Below, in pieces: positions 18,533 to 28,680 of a DNA stretch of 64,000 nt. Position 1 is the first letter of the stretch; every line of letters starts with the position of its first letter. A model generated the notes under the pieces. That model had not been told where the DNA came from, did not search any database, and worked only from the letters and a program-made list of their open reading frames with translations. The translations under genes were made by a program, and so were the position numbers. Origin of the DNA: Capsulimonadaceae bacterium (lineage in GTDB: Bacteria; Armatimonadota; Armatimonadia; Armatimonadales; Capsulimonadaceae); the NCBI GenBank assembly GCA_965215505.1, contig OZ244065.1:256001-320000 (forward strand), given 5' to 3'.

Positions 18533-20293
18533 ATGAAAGAATCACTCCCTGGGAGCGACCCGAGGGGACCGATCACGGACGGTTACGGGCGGTCTGAAGT
18601 GCAGCGGCCGGGACGCACCGCCGGGTCGGCTTTGTCCCTTGTCTTCAAAATCCTGCTGCCCCTCCTGATACTCGCGGCGGTGATCGGCTGGCGGCTCCAT
18701 GCCAACAGCGTCGCGGCGAAGGCTTTGCAGCAGACCGGCGGCGGAGGCGGCGGGCGGGGCGGGGCGGCTGGGGGCGGGGCGGGGCGCGGCCCGGTCACAG
18801 TCGGCACGGGTTCGGCGAGCGTCCGCGACATCGTCCACACGTTCGCGACGACCGCCAACATCGAGTCCCCCCAGACCGTCAAGATCTCCCCCCGCGTCGC
18901 CGAGCAGATCCTGACGATCTCGGTGAATGAGGGCGACTCGGTGCGCTCGGGCCAGGTCCTGGCCCGGCTGGACGACACGCAGCTCGCGGCGGCGGTGCGT
19001 AAGGAGCAGGCACTGCTGGCGGAAAGCCAGGCCAAGCTGTTGCAGGCGCAAGTCACGCGAGGCTCCGTGCTGACCCCGGTGCAGACCTTGATCCGGCAGA
19101 ACCGGGCATCCCTTGCGTCCTCCCGAGTGAATCTGAGCCAGGTCACGCGCTCCTACGCCCAGCAGGTCGCGGCGGCGGACTCGGCGGTCGCGGACGCCCA
19201 GAGCCGCGTCGCCAGCGCCCAGGCTGCCATCGCGAACGCCCAGGCGGGCCTCCAGAGCGCGCAGGCCAACCAGCAGAACGATAATACGCAGCTCGCCCGC
19301 GCGAACAGCCTGTTCAGCCAGGGCGCGGTGGCGAAGCAGGACGTGGAAACCGCCAGCACGACGGCCTCCGTCCAGAGCGCCAATGTCGGGGTCGCCCAGG
19401 CGCAGATCAAGGTGGCCCAGGCCGGGTTGCAGTCCGCCCAGGCCCAGCTCCGGTCGGCCCAGGAGCAGGCCGCCATCACGCGGGCCAAAGGCCCCTCCGA
19501 CATCGAAGCCGCCCGCAGCACCTTGGTTCAGGCGCAGTCCCAGCTCAGGAACGCCAACGCCAATACCGTCCAGACGGCGGCCTACCAGGCGAACCTCGCC
19601 GGGCTGCGGGCGGACGTCCAATCCACGCGCGCGGACCTCGCCACCGCCCAGGCCCAGCTCGCCGAGACCGTCATCCGCTCGCCGATAGACGGCTTCGTTT
19701 CCAGCCGGCTGGCCGACCCCGGCACACTGGCAAGCCCCGGCACGCCGATCATGAACCTTCAAGCCCTGCGGACCGTGTGGGTCAACATCCCCATCCCGCA
19801 GGAGCAGATCGCTCATGTCGCGGTCGGCCAGCAGGCCGCCGTGACCGTGGACTCGGTTCCGGGGCGCGCATTCACCGGGCGCGTCTTCGAGATAGACCCC
19901 TCCGCCGACCCGTCGAGCCGCAACTTCACCGTCCGGCTCTCGCTGGCGAACCCGGCCTCGCTGCTGAAGCCGGGCATGTACGCCCAGGTGAGCCTCGTGA
20001 CGGAACACGTCACGGGCGCGACGGTAGTCCCGCTGGAAGCGGTGCAGAAGGACGCCGACGGCTCGTTCGTCTGGACCCTGGCCGCCGACTCGACGGTCCA
20101 TCGCCAGGCGGTCACGACCGGCGCGAGTGACGACAACGGCGTCGCCGTTTTGTCCGGCGTGCAGCCGGGCGAGAAGGTCGTGACGGTCAACGCCGCCACC
20201 CTCAAGGACGGCGCGACGGTCACGGTGGGCGGCCTCGGCGGGCCGGGCGGGGCCGGCGGCAAGCGCGGGGGCCACCATCGCCGCCCGCAGTAA
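18533..20293 (+). CDS. RND efflux periplasmic adaptor (membrane fusion protein) with very long coiled coil
   Basis: N-terminal TM, VNEGDSVRSGQVLARLD, long Ala/Gln heptads, IRSPIDG, LKPGMYA. Confidence 0.92.
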   Translation: MKESLPGSDPRGPITDGYGRSEVQRPGRTAGSALSLVFKILLPLLILAAVIGWRLHANSVAAKALQQTGGGGGGRGGAAGGGAGRGPVTVGTGSASVRDIVHTFATTANIESPQTVKISPRVAEQILTISVNEGDSVRSGQVLARLDDTQLAAAVRKEQALLAESQAKLLQAQVTRGSVLTPVQTLIRQNRASLASSRVNLSQVTRSYAQQVAAADSAVADAQSRVASAQAAIANAQAGLQSAQANQQNDNTQLARANSLFSQGAVAKQDVETASTTASVQSANVGVAQAQIKVAQAGLQSAQAQLRSAQEQAAITRAKGPSDIEAARSTLVQAQSQLRNANANTVQTAAYQANLAGLRADVQSTRADLATAQAQLAETVIRSPIDGFVSSRLADPGTLASPGTPIMNLQALRTVWVNIPIPQEQIAHVAVGQQAAVTVDSVPGRAFTGRVFEIDPSADPSSRNFTVRLSLANPASLLKPGMYAQVSLVTEHVTGATVVPLEAVQKDADGSFVWTLAADSTVHRQAVTTGASDDNGVAVLSGVQPGEKVVTVNAATLKDGATVTVGGLGGPGGAGGKRGGHHRRPQ

Positions 20294-20340
20294 GGGCGGC
20301 CATCACCGCCGCCCGCAGTAGAAGCACCGATGACTTAACG

Positions 20341-20367
20341 CGGTTCTCCGTGACACGCGGAGAACCG
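20341..20367. other. Hairpin between the adaptor and RND genes
   Basis: CGGTTCTCCG-TGACACG-CGGAGAACCG; no U-tract. Confidence 0.6.
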
Positions 20368-20380
20368 ATGAGAGCCAGGA

Positions 20381-20511
20381 CGAGTGATTGAAATCACTCG
20401 CTGCCGTTGGACCTGTCCAGGGGACAGAAGAGGGGAGGGGGAACCGCCATGCTGTCCCGCTCACTTGTCCCCTGGACAAATCTTACCGAAGCGAGTGATT
20501 TCAATCACTCG
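20381..20511. repeat. Four-palindrome REP-like element, copy A (inverted relative to B and C)
   Basis: CGAGTGATTGAAATCACTCG ... CTGTCCAGGGGACAG ... TTGTCCCCTGGACAA ... CGAGTGATTTCAATCACTCG. Confidence 0.9.
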
Positions 20512-20527
20512 CAAGAAAGTCTGACCC

Positions 20528-23500
20528 ATGAACCTTGCGAAAGGCTCCGTCTTAAGGCCCGTTGCCGTCGTCATGCGGATCGCCGCCCTCGTCCTGCTGG
20601 GCGCGGTCTGCCTGACGCGGCTTCCCGTGGACCTGCTGCCGAATGTCTCCATCCCGACGGTCTCCGTCATCACGCAGTGGCCGAACGTCGCCCCCGAAGA
20701 GATCGAGTCCCAGGTGACGCGACCCATCGAGGAGGCGGTTTCGGCCGCCCCCAACGTCGCCACGGTCCAGTCCACCTCCAACGACGGCATCTCCACGGTG
20801 CGCGTCCAGTTCGCCTGGGGGACCGACGTCGGCCAGGCGGCCATTGACGTCCTCCAGGTGGTGGAAAAGGCGCGGCAGCGGTTCCCGACCGACCCGACCT
20901 TGCAGACGCCCATCGTCTACAAGTACGACCCGTCCCAGCTCCCCATCCTGATCTATGCGGTCAGCGGCGAGAACGACTCGGTCAAGCTGCGGACCGAACT
21001 CGACAACGACATCAGCCCAATTGTTGAGTCCGCCGACGGCGTGGCCGCCGCCGTCGTGACCGGCGGCAACGACCGCGCCATCCTGGTCAACGCCGACCCG
21101 GCCAAGCTGCTGGCCTACCACGTCTCCATGAGCCAGATCAGCAGCAGGATCGCCCAAGAGAACCAGAACCAGCCCGCCGGCATCGGCAAGCAGAGCCGGA
21201 CCGAGTACACGATCCGCACGCTGGGCTGGTTCACCAGCCCCGCCCAGATCGCCAAGGTCCCCATCTCCTCGCTGAACGGCCGGACCGTCACCATCGGCGA
21301 TGTGGCGACCGTCGTTGACTCCGACCAGGAGCCGCGCCTGTTCACCCGGCTCGGCGGTGCCCCCGCCGCAGGCATGATCGTCAGCAAGCAAAGCAACGCC
21401 AACACGATCCAGACCGCCAAAGCCGTGGAGGACAAGGTCGCCCAGATCGAGAAGCGCTACCCGAACCTACATTTCGCGGTCGCCTATGACCAGTCGCAGT
21501 ACATCTCCAATTCGATCAACGACCTCAAAGTGAATGCTGTCCTGGGCGGCGTCCTGGCCGTGCTGATCCTCCTGTTCTTCCTGCGGAACGTCCGCAGCAC
21601 GCTCGTCGTCGCGCTGTCTATCCCCATCTCCATCGTCTCGACGTTCGCCCTGCTGTACGTCTGCGGGTTCACCCTGAACACGATGAGCCTGGGCGGGCTT
21701 GCCCTGGCGACGGGCCTGATCGCCGACGACGCCGTGGTGGTCCTGGAGAACATCTATAGGCACTACGACCGTGACAAGATGCGCCCCGCCGAGGCCGCCA
21801 TCGCGGGTGCCAACGAGATCTTCTCGGCCGTCATCGCCTCCACCATCACGATCATCGTGGTCTTCCTGCCGCTCCTTCTCATTAAGGGGCAGGCGGGCCA
21901 GATGTTCACGCAGTTCGCCCTGGTCGTCATCTTCTCGATCTCCGTCTCCCTGCTGGACGCGACCACGGTCGTGCCGATGCTGGCCTCGCGGCTGATCAAG
22001 GAGCGGACGGCGGGAGAAGAAACCGACGCCGAGGGGGGCAGCAATCGGGGCCTGTTCGGCGTGTTCGGGCGCTGGTTCCACGCCCTCGACGAGGCCTACC
22101 GGCGCGGGCTGGGCTGGGCGATCCGGCATCGGGCCGTCGTGGTCATCCTGGCCTTCAGCGTCACGGCCGCCTCGTTCCTGCTGGTCCCGCAGATCGGGTC
22201 TGAGCTGCTGCCCCAGACCGACAGCGGCAACCTGCAAGTCAACGTCAAGCTGCCGCCGGGCACGGCCCTGACCGACACGAACCGGCTGATCAAGCAGGTG
22301 GAGCAGATCGCGCTCGCCAACCCGAACGTCGCGACCGTCTTCTCCTCGGCCGGCTCAAACCTGTCCCTGAGCGGCACGAGCGCCGCCCTGAATGGCAACC
22401 AGGGCGCTTTGCAAATCCGGCTCAAGGACAAGCGCACCGAGTCCACCCAGCAGGTCGTCCAGGACCTGCACCAGCAGCTCGGCCGCATTCCGGGAGGCCG
22501 CATCAACGTGTCCTCGGTGGACGTCGTCTCGCGCATCCTGTCCGGCGGCGACAGCAACGTGGAAGTGGACATCTACGGGGCCGACCTGAACACGCTCGCG
22601 AAGCTCGGCAAGCAGGTGACGGGCAAGCTGAAGGCCATCCCTGGCCTGTCCAATGTTGACGTCAACTGGCAGGACACGAACCCCGAGATCCAGTGGCAGA
22701 TCGACCGGGACAAGGCCGTCCAGCAGGGCGTCACCTTCCAGGACGTGGCCACCACGATCAACACGGCGACCAACGGCGACACGGCTTCCTACTACCAGGA
22801 GGGCGGCTACCAGTACGCCATCGTGGTCGAGGTCGCGCCGGACCAGCGCCGGACCACTTCGCAGCTCGCTACCCTGCCGGTCTACCCGAGCGCGAACTCG
22901 GCTGGCTCCCATGCCGTGCTGCTGCAACAGGTCGCCCGCCCGATCATCTCGACCGGCCCCGCCTCCATCACGCGTCAGGACCGGCAGCGCTACATCGCCG
23001 TCACCGGCACCCCGCTGGGCCGATCGGCGGGCGACCTCCAGAAGGACATCCAGAAGGCCATGACCGGCGTGGCGCTGCCCGACGGCTACTACTGGGACTG
23101 GGGCTACAACCAGAAGCAGCAGGCGCAGGAGTTCAGCGGCATGGCACTCGCCATCGGACTCGCCATCGGGCTGATCTACATGCTGCTGGCCGCCCAGTTC
23201 GAGTCGTTCGTCCACCCCCTGACCATCCTCTGCTCCGTGCCGGTCTCCGCCGTGGGCGTCCTGCTGGCCCTGTTCCTGACGGGCCGCCACTTCGGGCTGA
23301 CGGCGATGATCGGGATGCTGATGCTGGTCGGGATCGTGGTCAAGAACGGCATCCTGCTGGTAGACTACACGAACCTGCTCCGGCGTCAAGGGATGTCAAG
23401 GGACGCCGCCGTCCAGCAAGCCGGGCCGACGCGGCTGCGACCGATCCTGATGACGTCCAGCGCGGCTATCTTGGGCATGATCCCCATCGCGCTGGCCTTG

Positions 23501-23725
23501 GGCAAGGGGTCGGAGACGAACGCGCCGATGGCGACGGTCGTGATCGGCGGTCTGCTGACCTCGACGTTCCTGACCCTGTTCGTCGTCCCGGTCATCTACA
23601 CGGTCTTCGATGATCTGGGCCGACGCTTCCGCCGCGACGATCGGGACTTCTCGGCCCCGGTCCTGGTGGAGCCAACCCCCGCCGCCGTCGGCGCGGGCCG
23701 CGAGGGGACCACGCCGACGGCGTAA
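20528..23725 (+). CDS. AcrB/AcrD/AcrF family RND transporter
   Basis: LPVDLLP, GLIADDAVVVLENI (TM4 Asp pair), GIVVKNGILLVD, RLRPILMT; 1065 aa. Confidence 0.95.
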   Translation: MNLAKGSVLRPVAVVMRIAALVLLGAVCLTRLPVDLLPNVSIPTVSVITQWPNVAPEEIESQVTRPIEEAVSAAPNVATVQSTSNDGISTVRVQFAWGTDVGQAAIDVLQVVEKARQRFPTDPTLQTPIVYKYDPSQLPILIYAVSGENDSVKLRTELDNDISPIVESADGVAAAVVTGGNDRAILVNADPAKLLAYHVSMSQISSRIAQENQNQPAGIGKQSRTEYTIRTLGWFTSPAQIAKVPISSLNGRTVTIGDVATVVDSDQEPRLFTRLGGAPAAGMIVSKQSNANTIQTAKAVEDKVAQIEKRYPNLHFAVAYDQSQYISNSINDLKVNAVLGGVLAVLILLFFLRNVRSTLVVALSIPISIVSTFALLYVCGFTLNTMSLGGLALATGLIADDAVVVLENIYRHYDRDKMRPAEAAIAGANEIFSAVIASTITIIVVFLPLLLIKGQAGQMFTQFALVVIFSISVSLLDATTVVPMLASRLIKERTAGEETDAEGGSNRGLFGVFGRWFHALDEAYRRGLGWAIRHRAVVVILAFSVTAASFLLVPQIGSELLPQTDSGNLQVNVKLPPGTALTDTNRLIKQVEQIALANPNVATVFSSAGSNLSLSGTSAALNGNQGALQIRLKDKRTESTQQVVQDLHQQLGRIPGGRINVSSVDVVSRILSGGDSNVEVDIYGADLNTLAKLGKQVTGKLKAIPGLSNVDVNWQDTNPEIQWQIDRDKAVQQGVTFQDVATTINTATNGDTASYYQEGGYQYAIVVEVAPDQRRTTSQLATLPVYPSANSAGSHAVLLQQVARPIISTGPASITRQDRQRYIAVTGTPLGRSAGDLQKDIQKAMTGVALPDGYYWDWGYNQKQQAQEFSGMALAIGLAIGLIYMLLAAQFESFVHPLTILCSVPVSAVGVLLALFLTGRHFGLTAMIGMLMLVGIVVKNGILLVDYTNLLRRQGMSRDAAVQQAGPTRLRPILMTSSAAILGMIPIALALGKGSETNAPMATVVIGGLLTSTFLTLFVVPVIYTVFDDLGRRFRRDDRDFSAPVLVEPTPAAVGAGREGTTPTA

Positions 23726-23750
23726 GCGGCTCGGAGACAGGGAGAATATC

Positions 23751-24512
23751 ATGCCGATCCGACAATCCGTGTCTTGGTGGTGCTTCGCGAATCGTGGCGT
23801 CTCCGACGACGACCTGCTGCGCCAGGCCAAATCCATCGGCTATGAGGCCGTCGAGCTGATCGGCGAGGAGCTGTTCGACCGGGCACGCGACGCGGGACTT
23901 GCCATCGCCTCGCACGGCGGGCATCAGGGCATCGAGCGCGGCCTGAACGACGTGGCCGAACACGACCGGATCGAGGGCGAGATCATGCGTAATCTCGCCC
24001 TCGCCCAGCGATACCAGATCCCCAACCTGATCGTCTTCAGCGGCAGCCGCCGTCCGGGCCTGTCCGAGGAAGAGGGGATCGAGAACACCACGCTCGGCCT
24101 GTCCCGCGTCAAGGCCGCCGCCGAGTCGGCCGGGGTCAACCTCGTGATCGAGCTGCTCAACAGCAAAGTGGACCACGCGGGCTATCAGTGCGACCACACC
24201 GCCTGGGGCACTGAAGTCTGCCGCCGCGTCGCCTCGCCGCGCGTCGGTTTGCTCTACGACATCTACCACATGCAGATCATGGAGGGCGACGTCATTGCCA
24301 CCATCGGGGAGCATCACGCCCACTTCCTGCACTACCATACGGCGGGCGTCCCCGGCCGGCACGACTTAGATGACGCGCAGGAGCTGAACTATCCGCCGAT
24401 CCTCAAGGCCGTCGCCGCCACCGGCTACGGCGGCTATGTCGGCCACGAATTCATCCCCAAGGGCGACCCGGTCGCGGCCCTGGAAGCGGCTTATCGCCTG
24501 TGTGCGGTGTGA
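23751..24512 (+). CDS. Hydroxypyruvate isomerase-like TIM barrel protein
   Basis: [48 protein letters not shown]. Confidence 0.9.
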   Translation: MPIRQSVSWWCFANRGVSDDDLLRQAKSIGYEAVELIGEELFDRARDAGLAIASHGGHQGIERGLNDVAEHDRIEGEIMRNLALAQRYQIPNLIVFSGSRRPGLSEEEGIENTTLGLSRVKAAAESAGVNLVIELLNSKVDHAGYQCDHTAWGTEVCRRVASPRVGLLYDIYHMQIMEGDVIATIGEHHAHFLHYHTAGVPGRHDLDDAQELNYPPILKAVAATGYGGYVGHEFIPKGDPVAALEAAYRLCAV

Positions 24513-24631
24513 AACGGCTGCATCTTCCGGGTACGCCTCATCAATCTGGTCGGCCCGACTTGGCGGTCGGGGCCGCCGCGATGACGTGGGTGGATGTACA
24601 AGTGCAACGTAACTGTCGGTTGGGGTGTGGG

Positions 24632-25213
24632 CTAGATGGCGGCGGAGCTGGCTCCCACGCGCAGCGCCAGTTCTTTGAGGCCGTTCACCCTGAGCGTCTG
24701 GACGTAGCCGTCGGCGTTCTTCGGCGGGTTCAGCAGGGAGGCCCGGTGCGACCGAACGGTTTGCAGGAAGAGGTCGGGTTCATCATCAAAGAGTGCTGAA
24801 AGAAAAACGTCAGGATGCAGCGGTTCGATGCCATACATCTCCAGCGTGGCAGCGGGGAAGTCCGACAGGTTGAACGTGACGATCACCGCTACGCCGGCTT
24901 TGATCGCGGCTGCCAAAACATGACGGTCATTCGCATCCTGGAGGCGTAAGGTAGGAATGAGTTCCTCAAAGCTGGATACTACACAGTCGGGCGCGACCTG
25001 ATTCATCAGCCGGCGTGTGCGGTCCAGTTGTGCAGGCGTCACTCCCTGTTTGTCGGCCAACACGTTGCGTATCCATTCGGCATGAATCGCCTCGGTCATG
25101 CGCGGCGCGTAGGCTTCGACGCTGGCAAGCCACATCAATAGATCACGCAAGGAAGGGGGATAAAGAACGCAGGCGTCCAGGATGGCGACGGTTTTAGGCT
25201 CGGTGGGAGTCAT
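24632..25213 (-). CDS. PIN-domain toxin (PIN_3 / VapC50-like)
   Basis: [10 protein letters not shown]...[33 protein letters not shown]. Confidence 0.88.
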   Translation of the reverse strand: MTPTEPKTVAILDACVLYPPSLRDLLMWLASVEAYAPRMTEAIHAEWIRNVLADKQGVTPAQLDRTRRLMNQVAPDCVVSSFEELIPTLRLQDANDRHVLAAAIKAGVAVIVTFNLSDFPAATLEMYGIEPLHPDVFLSALFDDEPDLFLQTVRSHRASLLNPPKNADGYVQTLRVNGLKELALRVGASSAAI

Positions 25214-25536
25214 CGGTACAGGCCAAGCCGCTCCGTTTCTGCCATGATCTCTCTTACCACGGCCTGCCGACGCTCCCGTTCCGCTTCGGTGAGGGGTTCC
25301 TGCGGCGGCGCATTCTTCCGGGCCTGCGCCATGTGAACACGGGCGGCGGCAACGGCCCTCATGTGTTGCAGTTGCTCTACCATGTCTTCATAGGTTTCCG
25401 TGTCCAGCAGCACGACCTCCGCGCGCCCGTTGACGGTCAGCACCTCCGGGGTACGGGTTTCCTTCAGGCGGGCGACGTGCGCCTTGTGGTTCCTGAGAAA
25501 GTCGGTCATGGAATGGATCTGTCTGGTGTCGAGCAT
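25210..25536 (-). CDS. Phd/YefM-type antitoxin
   Basis: IHSMTDFLRN...PEVLTVNGRAEVVLLD...YE Phd-fold signature; ATGA overlap with the toxin. Confidence 0.85.
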   Translation of the reverse strand: MLDTRQIHSMTDFLRNHKAHVARLKETRTPEVLTVNGRAEVVLLDTETYEDMVEQLQHMRAVAAARVHMAQARKNAPPQEPLTEAERERRQAVVREIMAETERLGLYR

Positions 25537-25574
25537 GGCTTGCCTCATCTATGCAGATTATCGTCGAACAGCCC

Positions 25575-25590
25575 TCATATGATTATATGA
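25575..25590. promoter_or_regulatory. Putative TA operator overlapping a TATAAT -10 on the minus strand
   Basis: Palindrome TCATAT-N4-ATATGA flanked by GATTATCG direct repeats (25556, 25592). Confidence 0.45.
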
Positions 25591-25684
25591 CGATTATCGA
25601 ACGATACTATGGTAGCACAATCTTGACACCGAATCAATCCGAGCGGCGGAACTAATCGCCGTCTAAGTGATGCGGCACCGGCAG

Positions 25685-25712
25685 GGAGGAAACCGCCGCG
25701 CGTCCATAGAAC
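25685..25712 (+). promoter_or_regulatory. Putative sigmaH-like promoter (copy 5)
   Basis: GGAGG-AAACCGCCGCGCGTCC(16)-ATAGAAC upstream of tldD. Confidence 0.5.
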
Positions 25713-25746
25713 TGTGTGTCAGTTCAACCCTGGAGACAGATCGCCC

Positions 25747-27315
25747 ATGTGTTCCCCCTCCCGCCTGAGCCGCCGCGCCTTCCTACAGGGCGCGGGGGCG
25801 GCCACGACCCTGCTGCTGCTGCCCGGAGCGGCCGAGCGCGCCTGGGCCTTGTTCCAGTCACCCGATGCGGTCGCGGCGGTGATCGGCCTGGCCCTGGCCG
25901 AAGCCAAACGCGCGGGCGCGGACTACGCCGACATCCGGCTCGTCCGCACACGCACCCAGAGCCTCTACGCCCGGAACGAGCGCATGGCGTACCTGGGCGA
26001 CGACGCCGACTACGGCTACGGCATCCGGTGCCTGGCCCGAGGCGCGTGGGGCTTCGCCAGCGGCAACGACCTGTCGCCCGAAGCCGTGCGCCGGACCGCC
26101 CGCAAGGCCGCCGAGATCGCCAGGGCCAGTGCCCTCGTCAGGAAGGGCGCGGGCGTCCGCCTGGCCCCCGAGCCGCCGCACCAGGGCGAGTACCGGACGC
26201 CCCGCGTCAAGGACCCCTTCAGCATCCCGATGGATACCAAGAGCGCGCTGCTGCTCGGGGCGTGCGCGGCCATGCGGAAGGTGCCCGAGGTCAAAGTCGC
26301 TAGCGGGAGCCTGACCTTCTACGCCTCGGACAAGCACTTCGCCTCGACCGAGGGTGCCCGCCTGCATGTGGACTCGCTCATCAGCGATGCCGGCATCGGC
26401 GCGACGGCGGTCGGCGGGGACGACCAGCAGGACCGCTCGCTCAACCTGGGCGCGGTCAACGCCGGCTGGGAGTGGATCGAGGCCGGCGACCTGCTCGGCC
26501 AGGCCCCGCGCGTCGCCGCCGAGGCCAAAGAGAAACTCGCCGCCGACGCCGCCCCCGAGGGCAGGCGCGACCTGGTCCTCGACCCTGAACACCTGCACCT
26601 GGTGGTCCACGAGTCTGCGGGCCATGCGACCGAGTTGGACCGGCTGCTGGGCTTCGAGGCCGACTTCGCCGGCACCTGCTGGATCGACCCCAAGCAGGCC
26701 GGCAGCCTGAAGTTCGGCAGCAAAGACGTCACCATCGTCGCCGACAACCTGGACCCGCTCGGGGTGGCCTCGACGGGCTGGGACGACGACGGGGTGGCGT
26801 GCCAGAAGTGGGACATCGTGCGCGCGGGCACCCTGGTCGGCTTCTCCGACAACCGCGAGATCGCGGCGCTGGCGGGCGAGGCCCGCTCGCACGGGTCGAG
26901 CCGCGCCGACGGTTGGGGGTCCGTTCCCATCGTCCGCATCGCGAACGTCGGTCTGGCCCCCGGCCCGGACGGCGTCACCCCCGACGACCTGATCGGGGAC
27001 GTCAAGGACGGCGTGTACATCGAGGGGACGGGCACTTGGTCAATCGACCAGCGCCGCCTGAACATGCAGTTCGGCGGCGACATGTTCCACCGCATCAAGA
27101 ACGGCAAAAAGGCCGGGATGCTCAAGGACGTGGTCTACCGGGCCATCGCGCCCGAACTCTGGGGGTCCTGCGACGGGGTCGCCGGCCCCAAGTTCCACCG
27201 CGGCTTCGGCGTGCTGAACTGCGGCAAGGGCCAGCCGGAGCAGACCGGGCGAATGACCCACGCCGCCGCGCACGCGCGTTTCCGCGGCGTCACCGTCGGA
27301 AAGGCCAAGGCATGA
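25747..27315 (+). CDS. tldD: TldD family metalloprotease with twin-arginine (Tat) signal peptide
   Basis: SRRAFL + hydrophobic stretch + AWA; ADYADIR, HESAGHATELDR (HExxxH), WDDDGV, C-terminal NCGKGQP. Confidence 0.92.
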   Translation: MCSPSRLSRRAFLQGAGAATTLLLLPGAAERAWALFQSPDAVAAVIGLALAEAKRAGADYADIRLVRTRTQSLYARNERMAYLGDDADYGYGIRCLARGAWGFASGNDLSPEAVRRTARKAAEIARASALVRKGAGVRLAPEPPHQGEYRTPRVKDPFSIPMDTKSALLLGACAAMRKVPEVKVASGSLTFYASDKHFASTEGARLHVDSLISDAGIGATAVGGDDQQDRSLNLGAVNAGWEWIEAGDLLGQAPRVAAEAKEKLAADAAPEGRRDLVLDPEHLHLVVHESAGHATELDRLLGFEADFAGTCWIDPKQAGSLKFGSKDVTIVADNLDPLGVASTGWDDDGVACQKWDIVRAGTLVGFSDNREIAALAGEARSHGSSRADGWGSVPIVRIANVGLAPGPDGVTPDDLIGDVKDGVYIEGTGTWSIDQRRLNMQFGGDMFHRIKNGKKAGMLKDVVYRAIAPELWGSCDGVAGPKFHRGFGVLNCGKGQPEQTGRMTHAAAHARFRGVTVGKAKA

Positions 27316-28643
27316 CCATGAGCGCCGACCTGAAACTGATGGACGCCGACCGGGCGCACGCGCTCGCGCGGCAGGCACTAAAACATGTGACCGTGGAAGA
27401 CGCCGTCGTGACCGTCTACGACGGGCGCAATGCCGTCACCCGGTTCGCGGGCGACGCCATCACGCAGAATGTTGATACCGGCGGCCTCTTCCTGTCCGTC
27501 TCGGTCGCCCAGGGCGGTCGGCGCGGCGCGGCCTCGGCGGCGACGACCTCGCCCGACGACATCGCCGCCGCCGTGCGCCGCGCCGAGGAGATCGCCCGGC
27601 TCGCCCCGCCCGACCCCGAGTACCTGCCGCCGCTCGGGCCGCAGGCCTACGGCACGCCCCCGGCGGCCGCCTTCGACGAGGCGACGAACGACCTGTCGCC
27701 CGAGGTCCGGGCGCGGCAGGTGCAGAAGATCGTGGCGGGCGCCCGCGCGGCCGGGCTGTCCGCCTCCGGCACCGTCGAGAGCGGCGGGGGCGCGCAGGCC
27801 ATCGCCACCTCGCGCGGACTGTTCGCGTTCTTCCGGAACACGAGCGCCGCCGCCGGCTGCACGCTCACGGGCCGGGACAGCACCGGCTGGGCGCGGACAG
27901 CCGCCCCAGACATGTCCGGGATCGACGCGGACGCCCTGGTCGCGGACGCCGTCCGGCAGGCCCGGCTCGGGGCCGCGCCGCGCGCCCTCGCGCCGGGCCG
28001 GTACACGACCATCCTCCTGCCCCCCGCCGTCGGCGCGATCGTCGGGCCGGTCGTTGAAGGCGTCTCCGCGCGGGGGGCTGAGGAGGGCGTCACCTTCCTC
28101 ACCGGCAAAGTCGGGCAGAAGCTGGTCGGGTCGAACATCACCCTGCGCTCCGAGCCGTTCCACCCGCTCATGCCAGACACGCCGTTCGACGGCGGCGGCG
28201 TCCCCGTGGCGGCACAGACCTGGATCGACAGGGGCGTCTTCCAGCGCCTGAGCTACGACCGCTTCCGGGCCAAGAAGGCGGGCGTCGCCCCCAACCCGCT
28301 GTCGTCCAGTCTGCTCCTGGAGGGCACGGACAAGAGCATCGAGGACTTGATCAAAGGGACCGAGCGCGGCGTGCTGCTGACGCACTTCTGGTATGTGCGC
28401 GCCATCAAGCCGAAGGAGACGACCCAGACGGGGATGACGCGCGACTCGCTGTTCTGGATCGAGGACGGCAAGATCGCCTACGGGCTGAAGCACATGCGCT
28501 GGAACGAGTCCAGCCTGCGCGTCCTCTCCAATGTCCTGGACCTGTCGCGCCCTCGGCCCGCCGTTGACGCGGAACTGGGCCTGTGCCTGATGCCCGCCGT
28601 CAAAGTGGCCGACTTCAACTTCGTGAGCGGCACGGATTTCTAG
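27312..28643 (+). CDS. pmbA: PmbA/TldE family partner subunit (no signal peptide)
   Basis: TRFAGDAITQN, PGRYTTILLP, PFDGGG, IKGTERGVLLTHFWY, TGMTRD, MRWNES; no HExxxH; ATGA coupling to tldD. Confidence 0.88.
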   Translation: MTMSADLKLMDADRAHALARQALKHVTVEDAVVTVYDGRNAVTRFAGDAITQNVDTGGLFLSVSVAQGGRRGAASAATTSPDDIAAAVRRAEEIARLAPPDPEYLPPLGPQAYGTPPAAAFDEATNDLSPEVRARQVQKIVAGARAAGLSASGTVESGGGAQAIATSRGLFAFFRNTSAAAGCTLTGRDSTGWARTAAPDMSGIDADALVADAVRQARLGAAPRALAPGRYTTILLPPAVGAIVGPVVEGVSARGAEEGVTFLTGKVGQKLVGSNITLRSEPFHPLMPDTPFDGGGVPVAAQTWIDRGVFQRLSYDRFRAKKAGVAPNPLSSSLLLEGTDKSIEDLIKGTERGVLLTHFWYVRAIKPKETTQTGMTRDSLFWIEDGKIAYGLKHMRWNESSLRVLSNVLDLSRPRPAVDAELGLCLMPAVKVADFNFVSGTDF

Positions 28644-28680
28644 TTCGTAAACGGCAGCGACAAGGCAGAGGAGATCAGAC

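Noticed and set aside
26799..27311. Extended N-terminus of PmbA, and similar extensions at 3069, 23610, 30616, 39237 and 43190
   Set aside because: They overlap upstream genes or repeats; coupled starts or RBS-supported starts exist downstream.
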